Of a stretch of DNA of 64,000 bases, positions 28,603 through 40,640 are shown in pieces (position 1 is the first letter of the stretch; each line of letters begins with the position of its first letter). Origin of the DNA: the human T2T-CHM13v2.0 reference genome, Homo sapiens; the NCBI RefSeq assembly GCF_009914755.1, contig NC_060936.1; one strand, 5' to 3'. A model generated the notes under the pieces. That model was not told where the DNA came from, made no database searches, and saw only the letters and a list, made by a program, of their open reading frames with translations. The translations under genes and the position numbers were made by a program.

Positions 28603-28969
28603 CTACCTTTTCCCCATTTACAAACTCCTGAGTCTGAAACATTTGTTATATTTGGTTTTGAGTGAAACCAGAATCAATAACAAATTTGTTTTGCATTCAT
28701 TCCTCAATATATTTACTGCGTGAATATGGATCAGCAGGGATGGTGTGAGACTGCCACACTCAAGCTGGGCGTTTGTGCAATCCACATCAACACTTCCAAT
28801 ACTCTCAAGCAAGGCCAATAAATCATAAAGCTCATGTGCTACTGAATTCAGCACTTCACCATCGGCAAAATCAATGGAGATGCTTCCAGAATTTTCAGTT
28901 TTACAGCTTCTTGAACAAATCTTTTCCCCTAGTCCCTCTCTTTGTCTGTCTGGCTAAGGTTGAGGCATG

Positions 28970-29420
28970 GACACTGGGTTTGCCTCCTCTCCATCCACCT
29001 TCTCCATCCCCTTTTGAGAAATGACCACGTGGTTGAGGTCGATCTTGTAGTCAAGCCAATTGTGGTTTTTCCATCCCTATTCCCAGTGAGGCAACTTGTT
29101 GCATGTCATTCCCCTGGCAACCAAGACTGGTTCAGTTTGGGTTGATTCGATGCTAGCAGAAGTTTTTTGGGGCTTCTAGGTAAAGCGTCCTCATCCTTAA
29201 GTGAAAGTCTCAAAGAGTCATCTTTCCCCATCCCAAACTGATTCTAGAACTTCTGCAGGCATCTTATTATAGATCTGATGAAGTAACTGTCCTAGAAGAA
29301 TCACAGGGAGGTGGAGCTCCTTCCCTATCCCTGCACTCACCTCTCCAGTTATGCAGGAATATATGCATTATTCTTTTGTTTGTTTAATCCTGTTTGAGTT
29401 GGAGTTTTTTGTTATATTTC
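28970..29420 (+). mobile_element. Ancient MLT1 (J/K-like) LTR fragment
   Basis: ttcccctggcaacc...gactggttcag; ggcttctagg; tgtttaatcctgtttgagttggagttttttgtta. Confidence 0.45.
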
Positions 29421-30500
29421 CTCATTCATTCAACAAATAATTACAACTGTCTGCTGTGTACAGGCACTGCTTTAAGCAATGTGGATTAAAAGAACAAAAA
29501 GGGTTCCTGCCTTCCAGTAGGAAGAGTTTAAAAAGCAAATAATAAATCTAATAAATCAGGAAACTCAACAAGAACAAGATAAAGAACTAGAGAGTGACAG
29601 GAGCTATTGGGGGAAAGAAGAGAGCAGCTGACTAATTTTAAATAGGGTGGTCAGGTTTCACCTCATTGAAAAATGTGATTTGGCTCACACTTGGAATCCC
29701 AGCACTTTGGGAGGCTGAGGCAGGAGGATTGCTTGAGCCTAGGAGTTCAAGACCAGCCTGGGAAACATAGCGATACCTTATCTCTACTGAAAAAAGCAAA
29801 AAAGAAAGTACAGGCATGGTGGCACACACCTGTAGTCCTAGCTACTCAGGAGGCTGAGGCAGGAGGACCACTTGAGCCCAGGAGTTCGAGACGGCAGTGA
29901 GCTATGATTGAGCCACTGCACTCCAGCCTGGGTGACAAAGCAAGATCTTTTCTCAAAAAAAAAAAAAAAAAAAAAAAAAAAGTGTGTTTTGAGTAGACTT
30001 TTGAGTGAATGAGCATTTGTGGATATTTGGAGAAGAGTTTTCTAGGCAGAGGATACTGCCAACACAAATTCCCTAAGTTGGAAGCTTGCTTGGGAATGTG
30101 AGAGGAGAAAGGAGTGGTGGGAGTGAAGTGAGGGAGGGCAGGGGTTAACAGGGAGCCCTGTGGGTCTTTTAGCCCAGTGCAGAAGCATTTTGTTTGGCTT
30201 TGACTCTGATTCAAATGGGGAACCACAGAAGGCTTTTGAGTAGAGTGAAAAAGATCACTCTAGCTACTGTGTTGGGAAAGGATTTTGGAGCAGTAAAGGA
30301 AGGTGCAGGGAGCTGACTTAGAAGGCCACAGTCCCATGCCAGGCTGGAGATGCTGCAGCAGTGGTCCAGGGTTGTAGTGATGAAGGTGGTGAGCAGTGGT
30401 TTGGATTCTGGATATGTTCTGAAGGCAGAGCCAACAGGATTTCCTGAGTATAGGGGAATGTGGGAGAAAAGCAAGGAGTCAAGGATGACTCCAGCTGAAA
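29420..30500 (-). mobile_element. L2a 3' portion interrupted by AluJ
   Basis: cattcattcaacaaata...caggcactg; ggattctggatatgttctgaaggcagagccaacaggatttcctga...ggagtcaaggatgactcc. Confidence 0.85.
29682..29981 (+). mobile_element. AluJo-like
   Basis: ggaggattgcttgagcctaggagttcaagacc; gcagtgagctatgatt; long poly(A). Confidence 0.92.
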
Positions 30501-31740
30501 GCAACCTAAATCATTAACTCTCAAATTTACCTGACTTGATTATCAGCTATTTACAACTCATGAATGTTACATACCATGGAGAAGTCCAACCCAAACACAG
30601 GGTTCACACGCAAACCAGTAATTTGATATTGAGGGCTCTACATGTTCCATTAATCACATCCCCCTACTTAAAATATTTTCCTTGGCTGCCTTTTAAGAAT
30701 AAAGTTATTTTCCATAGTCTTTGAGAGTTAACTCAGGTAGGACCGAAGTGATGACCGTTCTGTCCTCTGCAGCAACGCCATTGCCCTTTATCCTTGTTGT
30801 GATGTGGTTTTCCTGTGTCTTCTGCTGCTAGATGTGATGACGATATCCCTCCTTTGTTGATGGACTCAGCATCTGTACATGGGATATTTTGACTCCAATT
30901 TTCCTGATGCATCATCCTAATTGTCTGGTAGTTACTGACTGTCACTTACCAACCGGTGTGAGATATTCTTCAGCTCTTCATCAGGAACAGAATTACAGCC
31001 TCTATCTTTAGAAATGATATATGCTGAGGATTATTCATGTTTGTAATTACAAATCTAGCAGAAGTGCAATTATTAAAAAAAAAACCCTTGGAAAGGACAT
31101 TTTGTTGTATAACGCAGAACCTGCTGTTAGCCTCTTGTGCTGGTATTACTTTTGTTGCTGTAATTGCCACCTGCATTTCAGTTGTAATTTAACATTATCT
31201 GTCTTCTCTGTATCTTTCTACCTGATTGTAATTGTTAGGACTCCTGCCATTTATTCTTAAATACTTTCTTGTCTTTCTGAATTACTGGGCTATTTTCTAT
31301 GATTATAACCTAAGAAACAGCTGCAGCAACCCTTGTTGCATTGTAAAAACTTCAGAGGGCTGGTTTATCTCTAGTTTAAAACCAGTGAAGCAAACAGTGG
31401 GGGGACCTTCGGAGGTCATTCACATAAAACCATCATTTTAAGAATGAAGAAACTGAAGCTTTTGAGTGATTAACTAAGTTGCTCATGATCATTTACATTC
31501 TTATTGTTATGCTGTACTCTGGAGTAGCAAGTATGGATATATATTCAGAGATAGGATCTTTTAAGTCCTAGCACTTTGCAATTTATGCTGATTAACCAAC
31601 GACCTGCCAAACAGAGCTCAAGATGGGAAGGGAAGCGACACTAAATCCTTTTTTTGAGCCAGATACTGCTAGGTGCTTTGTATCATGGACCACATTGATA
31701 TGCACAATAATCTGATGAGGTAGGAATAATTATGCCAATT

Positions 31741-31771
<31 letters not shown>

Positions 31772-31800
31772 CACACCCACACCCCCCCCCACACACACAC
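31741..31800. repeat. Compound (TC)n(CA)n microsatellite within a MIR
   Basis: Seen directly; flanked by MIR-like sequence at ~31650-31890. Confidence 0.9.
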
Positions 31801-31921
31801 ATGCTGGGATTTTTGGGAGATTAAGCAACAGGCTCAAGAGCACACGGGTAGTAACTCTCAAATAGTAAGAACTGCTTGACTTTCCACCCTTTCTCTTTCT
31901 ACCAAATCAGGAACAGAATAA

Positions 31922-32265
<344 letters not shown>

Positions 32266-33212
32266 AGGTATGAGCTACTTTTAAGGCAGTTGGAAGCCCA
32301 AAGAGCTTGGGAAACCATGAAGACTAGGCCTCACAACTGCAGTTTTCTCAGGCCTATGCAGCTGCCTCCATCCTTTTGCTCTGAGCAAAACTGGACCTAG
32401 TTAAGCAATGTTGCCCAACTGTTAAAAAAGGAAGCTCAAAACTAGGAGGTAGGATGCCAGATAATTTGTTTAAATTTTTGATCTTTAAAATCTTGACTCT
32501 TTGAGCTTGTTTTGAGCCTCATTGGTCCAAAGTGGCTCAATCTGACTGAGGAAGGGGTTGGAGGAGGAAGGAATGTAAAAATGAAAGATCGGTGGGAAAA
32601 GGATACTGCCTTAGGTTGTCTGTAGGTAAATAAAGGTTTGACTCTATAAAAACTCTCTTCCTGAAATAATCAAGAATGCTTCACATCAGAAGCATCAATT
32701 AAATGGCTGCCTTCTTTTTGTTAATTCTTTAGTCTTTAGCTATTTCTGCTGTTGCTGCAGAGGCAGAGAGATGGTGAAAGAATCAACCTCAGGAAATAGT
32801 ATGGAGGTCAAGGGTCAGCTAAGAGGATCTACTGATTTTCTGATCTGCGGAGCTTTCTGAGTGAGTCTCCCTTGAATTGCAGGAGGGCATCCAATAGGAA
32901 ACCCAGTATGCAACAATCTCAAGAGATAGCCTCTAGAACACTGGGATTAGCATTAATCCATGAAAATGAGGTGCTATAATGATGATGATGATGAGACTAG
33001 AACCTATAGTTACATGCATTGTGGGAAAGGTTTGAATTGAAAGGCTGAAGGAGGGAGTGGTTGTCTTCCAAGAGGGTATGATGGTCATGCTGAATGAAGA
33101 ATGAAGTGAAAGAAGTCAGTGAAGATGCATTAAGACCGTAGGTCAGGTTCAAGTAGTAACTCCCAAGGGTTCAACCACATAATGACGCATTGAAGGATGT
33201 CTATTACAATCA

Positions 33213-33530
<318 letters not shown>

Positions 33531-33772
33531 GAAACAGCAGAGTGTCCCATCTGTCCTGCGAGTCCTAAGGAAACTGATTAATGGCTTCAAAAGTTTATTT
33601 CTCATCAAAATGAACTTGATTAATTACAAATCCAGATTTTTTAGTCCTGCCCCCCAAAAGTCTGATTTTACCAATGAAAATAACCCCCAGGTAATTCCTG
33701 CAAGCAGCCTCACTGGAAACATCTGGGGTAGGTGACCCCAACTTCTGTCATTGTGAGTTTCTGTGTGCTACC

Positions 33773-33931
33773 TTTCTTTTTTGGTTTTTGTTTTTAATAA
33801 ACAGGGTGTTGCTCTCTTGCCCAAGCTACGGTGCAGTGGTGCAATTATAGCTCACTTCAGCCTTAAACTCCTGGGTTCAAGGAATCCTCCTGCATTGCTG
33901 GGATTACAGATGTGAGCCACTGTGTCAGGCT
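33773..33931 (-). mobile_element. Monomer-length AluJ/FRAM-like fragment
   Basis: gtgcagtggtgcaattatagctcacttcagcc...cctcctgc joined directly to gctgggattacagatgtgagccac. Confidence 0.8.
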
Positions 33932-33992
33932 CTCTGTGTGTTCCTTCTAATAGTACTTCTAGAACATCTCTTATTTTTTTCTTTTCCAGCTC

Positions 33993-34143
33993 GGAGATTC
34001 TTAATTTGAGTTTCTGGGGCTCAATGAATAGGGCCCAGGGGATCTACAACCCCCCTGAAATTACATGCAGAATTTCACATATATATGAGCTATGTGAAGA
34101 GTCTCAAAGGAATCTGTGGTTTCCAAAGGGTTTAGAACAATTG
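33993..34143. mobile_element. Charlie4z-like hAT MITE
   Basis: gattcttaat...ccctgaaattacatgcagaattt...ctcaaaggaatctgtgg...tttagaacaattg. Confidence 0.55.
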
Positions 34144-34799
34144 CTCCAACTGTTCTATTTATCTCCTTTCTGCCCTGACCCCTGGAGCTGGTTCACAGCT
34201 TTTTATCCTGGCCAGTCTTCCTGGCTTTAGTGGACAGTACATTTGTCTTTGACTTTGAAACTTTACATTAACTATGAGACATAGCGTGAAACTTTGGAAA
34301 GAGAGGGGATCACTTCTATGTTTCTATTAAAATTAATTTCCTTTGGAAGAATATGCCTGTGACAGTTTTCATAGAACACTGCTGTCCCCATTTTAATGAG
34401 AAACAAAAAAATTCATCCACGTCACCAATATTCTATTGTGTCTCTTTTCTCCCAGAAGCCGATCTCTTTGCTAAACCATCTTCAGCACAGCTCCAGTTGA
34501 AGTCCTTTGCTTGTCTGGGTCCTTTGTTGCCCTCCCGGTGTTCTGCTGTCCACAGAATATAGCCCTGACTCGGTAGCCTGGCATCTGTGCCCTTTGCAAT
34601 CTGACTACCTCCTGCTGCTCTCCTAATTGTTCCATGTTCCAAGCTAACTGTGCTCCTCGCCATTGCCCAAGCCCTGTCTGTGCCCTCTTCCCTCTGGGCC
34701 TACAGGGGATGCCCTCCCTCTCCTCTCCATCTGTCACCGTGTACCCTTGTTCAAGGCCTTCATCCCATCTCTCCGTCAGCCAGAAATTTCCTCTTCTGT

Positions 34800-35015
34800 G
34801 AACATCAATTGTACTTGGTTCATACGGGTCTTATGGCATTTGTTACATATTGATTTTTGTTTGATTATGCATGATTTGTGTTTCTCTTTTTTCTTATTAG
34901 ATTCCAAGACCTTTCATCACAGGGCCTTTGTTGATTTAACTGTGTATCTGGTCAATTGCCTGTCACAGTACCTAGCATACAAAAAGCCCTCAATAAAATC
35001 TGGTGAATGTATTTA
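34800..35015 (+). mobile_element. L2 3' end
   Basis: cacagtacctagcatac...ctcaataaaatctggtgaatg. Confidence 0.65.
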
Positions 35016-35877
35016 AAAACCTAGATAGGGCTATTTTAATTCAGAAAAATAAATCTGTTTGCCTTTTTTCCTGGTAATCTAAGTTGGGCAGTTGCACGAG
35101 AACTGCATATAAACTGCATTCAACTCTTGATAAATTAGAAAAGTCATCTGATGGCTTCATTAAAATGTGGGCTTTAAAATTATTTATGATTTCATTTTTC
35201 ATAACATCTTTGTGAGACTTGTAGTAGTGTAGTATTCCCCCCGTCTTTTGGATGGTGATTTCACTGAGGTGAGAGGTTAAAGTGGGTCATTCAAGGCCAC
35301 AGAGCAGGCAGGTAACAAAACTGGCACTGGAACCTTGGCCTCCTGGGGCCACGTTAGCAGAGCGTAGCATTGACTGCACTAAGGATGGAATACAAATGTG
35401 CTTACACATTGTCAAATCCTGTGGGTCAAAAAGTTTGTTTTAGTGAAAGCATCACAGATAATGAAGTATTTGAAATTTTCTCTTTTCACCTTTTGGCATG
35501 CAGGCTCCTCTCTCTCTGTTCCCTAAATAAGGACACGTCTGTAGGTCTGATCCTCAGCCCTGTCTGTCTGTGACCTTCTCCAGTATCCAGGACCCTCGGC
35601 GATCAATACCTGCCTCGTGGTTTCAATGATCATCACTCTGCTGACTTACCTAACGTCTTTGCCTATGGTGATGACCCCTGCCTGCTCTCCACCTCACATC
35701 TCTTGTGGTTTACCAGGAGTTTCCACTTAGAATTCTGCCATCACTTCAAAATCCAGATATCTAAATCCAAACTCATCATCTGCTCTCTGAACAAACTTAC
35801 TCCTTTCTCAATCTACATTTTTCTACCATAATTCTCCTAGTCATCCAAGTTCAAAATCATTGTTATCTTTAACTTCC

Positions 35878-36602
<725 letters not shown>

Positions 36603-37399
36603 TAGAGCCCTCCACCTCATGCACATTCCTTTCTTTCTATTTTCATTACCACATTGTGATCTAGGTCTTCTCTTCCTCTTCCTTAAATTTCACTGGTGTT
36701 CATTTTGTTACAGGATGAAATCCATAGTCTTCAACCTGGCATACAAAACCTCCCACAAGCTGACTCCAGTTGATCTTTCCAACTTTCTAGTCTAATACTT
36801 GCCTCTGGTAATTTTTTTTCCAATTCTTCTGTTGACTGTCCTGGAATGCATCTTACATGGCCTTGCTTTGGTCCTCAGTTTAGTTCTTTTATTTTCCAGT
36901 TTACTCCTTTGGATACTTCTCATCTTCAAGGTCCAGCTCATGTCTCATCTTTTTGATATGACCATTCCTAATTATTTAAATCCATATTCTGAAGTTCTTG
37001 GCCCTTGTTGTCTACATCTTTGCTGCTCAAAGTGTCATTAAATGAGCAGCAGCATTGTCACCACCTGGAAGATGGTTAGAAATGAATCTTGGGGCTCTGC
37101 CTCAGACCTGCTGAATTCAAATCTGCATTTTAGCATGATCCTTGAAGTGATGCATGAAACACTTGTCTGTCCCATTTAGATACTTAGATAATACTCAATC
37201 CAAACACCAACTTATGTACTTATCTGCACTCCTCAAGATCCTTGAAATCTGCGAACCTGTTTTATTTTTCTTTAGTATCTCTGAAACACAATTTCATGGT
37301 AAAGTAGGTGCTTACTAAATAGATTTTAGTGTCCTTCTCTTTCTTTTTCTATTTAAAGGAGGAAAAAACTCCCAAGACTCCTAGAAAGTGAGCATGAGC

Positions 37400-37520
37400 T
37401 GCTATAGTTTGAATGTAACCTCTTCAAAATTCAGGTATTGCCAATGAGATACTGTTAAGAAGTGAAGCCTTTAGGATGCGATTGAGCCATTAGGGCTCCT
37501 CCCTTGCAAATGGAACAAGG
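37400..37520 (+). mobile_element. MST/MLT1A-like LTR 5' fragment
   Basis: tgctatagtttgaatgt...cttcaaaattcagg...gcctttaggatgcgattgagccattagggctcctccct. Confidence 0.65.
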
Positions 37521-37974
37521 TCAGCAAACCAATAGGAGTGCTAAGGTAAATGACTGTAGAACAAAATGGTGTTTATGTAGCTTGATGGTACATGTAATTT
37601 CACAATTGCATTTTGTGTCTGAAAAACATATGAGGTTTTGCTAAGCTTAGTAGAGAAATGCCTGCTTTGTGGCAATGTTGTCCATTAGTTAACCAGAGAG
37701 AAATATGAGAACAGATGATGTCACTATATTCTTCCACTAGCCTAGGTTCTTAAAAGCTCTAAGACTACAAGTGTTATAGATGACTCCAGCATGCACTCAT
37801 ACTGCTACTTAACTTTCTTCATGGAAATGTGTCTTATTCTGTCAACAGACTAAAAGAGGGGCAAGGACATATATTATATAATTTTGTATATACTCGATAA
37901 TGCTCAGGACATAGAGCTTCAGTTCCTTCCCTCCCTCCCTCCCTCCTGCCCACCCTCCATTTCTTTATTCCTGC

Positions 37975-38890
37975 CTTTCATCCTTTAAGTGTTTGTTGAG
38001 TGATTGAGATCAAATATTGATATATTGTATCTATAGAATAGAATATTCTATTCTAGTGCTATTATATATGCTGGGGATAAATCACGCATTAAAATGAATG
38101 TCCTTCTCTTTATGGAACTTGCATTCCAGTGGAGCAAAAAGATAAACAAAATCATAAGAGGAATTTATACTTAGAGGACGATAAGTACTGCAGAAAAAGA
38201 TTAGAGAAGAGGGCTTGGAATTGGGGAGGTATACTTTAAAATAAAAAGCCAGAGAAGACCACCTTTGAGAACATAATTTAAGAAAAGACTTGAAGGAGGT
38301 AAATTATGTAGCTATCTGAGGGAAGACCTTCCCAGAGAGTGGAACAGCAGGTACAGGGCTGAGGTGGGCATGAACAGGGAAGAGTAAGAACGGTCTTTTG
38401 GGTTTGAAGTAGAAGGAGCTTGCAGGAGAATGACAGGAGAGATGAGGTCAGATATTACATCTCAATAGGATCTCTCTGGCTGCAATATTGAGAAAAGCCA
38501 GAAGGGGGACAAGGTGGAGGTGGGAAGACGAATTAGAAGGCCACTGCAATAATACAGACAGGAGATGGTGGTGGCTTAGACCAGGGAGGCAGCCGTGGAA
38601 GAGGTGAGAGGCAGTTAGATTCTGCATATATTCCGAGAGTACAGCCAACAGGATTTGCTGAAAGATTGAATTTGGCATATGAGAGACAGAGAGGCATCCA
38701 GGATCCAGGCATTTAAGATTTTTGGCCTAAGCAACTAGAAAGATGCAGCTGCCATCAAGTGAGATGGGGGAAGGCTGCGGTGGAGAAGTCTTTTTTAGGG
38801 AAGATTAGGAACTTAGCTTTGGCAATGTTGAGTTTGACATATCTTTTAGACAAGTGGAGATATTGAGGAGGCAGTTGAATATTGGTGGAA
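37975..38890 (-). mobile_element. L2a 3' portion
   Basis: gttagattctgcatata...cagccaacaggatttgctga; ttttggcctaagcaactagaaagatgcagctgcc; gttgagtttgacat. Confidence 0.85.
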
Positions 38891-39089
38891 TGAACGAATA
38901 ACCAGGATCTTAATCAAGTGTTTAACTCCCTTAAACATAAATCAACTTTTTGTCTACTTCCTCATAATGTGAAGCACTTTGGGATGTGACATTGGAAATC
39001 AGACTCTTCTGACCAAGGCCCAGGTCTGCCTGAATTCCAGGCCTAGAGATCTGACAATGTGCTGGCCATCTTCCCTTAAATGTTCTCTA

Positions 39090-40010
39090 GAGCCACACCA
39101 TGTCTAAAATGGAACGCACTCTCTTTATCCCAAGCCTGGTCTCCCTCTTTGTGACTGTGGTGAGTGGGCACCACTAGGCATGTAAGCTGGCAGTCACACT
39201 TCATTCCTTCCATTTCCTCATCTCCATATCTAATTGGTCACCAAATCTTACCAACCCCACTTCCAAACCATCTCTAGAACCCATCTCCCCCCTCCGTCTT
39301 CACTGCTGCTTTTTTGGATTTATGCTCTCATTGTCTCTCACCTGGATTATATGTAAATCTTCTCCTACCTGGTTTCCCAGTCTCCAATCGATCCTTCACA
39401 TAGCTCCCAGAGTGATTTTCTAAAATGTAAATGTGGCCATGTTACTCTTCTGCTTAAAACATTTCCAAAGGCTTTCTTCTGTCCATAAAACCCAAAACTT
39501 GAGTTTGGCCTGCAAGGATCATCAAGATCTGGCTCCTGCTTATCTCTTAGATTTATTATCCCCCCCATCCCCCCCGTCACTCCTATCCATTGGCCAGATT
39601 ATACTACCTGTAGTTAGTTAACTTATTCATTCAATTTTCAGATATAAATAGGATGCTTCATATGTTACAAGCACTATGCTAAGCTGTGGGGGATACAAAG
39701 CTAGACATTGAAAAAGCCTGAAATAAACCTGGTTGTCTTCCTTCCTACTTACTTACAGTCGTCATACAGTAAGCTGTGGGGATACAATGCTGCATTGTAC
39801 GCAGACTTGGTTCCTGCCCTCATGAAAGTATACTTTCTCAATTTCCATGCCTTTGCTCTCTGAACCCCCTGCCTTGAATTTACCACCATCTGCTCCTCCC
39901 TCCATCTCACTGCCATGTCCTCCTTCTCCTACCAGCTACTTAAAGAATACCATCTCAACTTTTAAGAATCAGCTTACATCATTCCCTTGTATTAAGCTCT
40001 TTACTCTATC
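39090..40010 (+). mobile_element. L2 fragment containing a nested antisense L2 3' end (~39620-39832)
   Basis: ttgtctctcacctggatta; agagtgattttctaaaatgtaaat; nested ttattcattcaa...ttcctgccctcatgaa. Confidence 0.75.
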
Positions 40011-40315
40011 TCCTTTTCTCTTCTAAAAATGTTTCCTCCCTCAAAAGGTATCATTGAAAAACTTAATAGCTCTAGAAGTGAGGATATCTCTAAATACATT
40101 CCAGGTTCAGTTCAGAATATTGTTTTATCTTATACTAGAAGATCATAGCTCAAGGAATGGGATTTCCTTCTTTATCCCAAAAGGGAAAAAAGCCTCCTTT
40201 TCCTGGATTTTTCCCATGCTCCTTGGGCTCCACAAGTGGGATAAGCAATTGTTTACTTGCTGCAGAGTGAGTGAACCCAATTGCATTGGATTCACACACA
40301 GTGGATGCTCCAGGA

Positions 40316-40640
40316 TTTTTTTTTAATATTTATTTATTTATTTATTTATTTATTTATTTTGAGACGGAGTCTCTCTCTGTTGCCCAGGCTGGAGTGCAGT
40401 GGCGTGATCTCGGTTCACTGCAAGCTCCGCCTCCTGGGTTCACGCCATGCTCCTGCCTTAGCCTTCTGAGTAGCTGGGACTACAGGTGCCCACCACCACA
40501 TCCAGTTAATTTTTGTATTTTTAGTAGAGACGGGTTTTCACCATATTGGCCAGGATGGTCTCAAACTCCTGACCTTGTGATCCACCTGCCTGAGCCTCCC
40601 AAAGTGCTGGGATTACAGGCGTGAGCTGCCATGCCCGGCC
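40316..40640 (-). mobile_element. Alu with AluY-type right arm and AluSg-type left arm
   Basis: caagctccgcctcctgggttcacgcca is Y-type; ttggccagg...tctcaaactcctgaccttgtga is S-type. TSD caggattttt; (TTTA)n tail. Confidence 0.92.
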
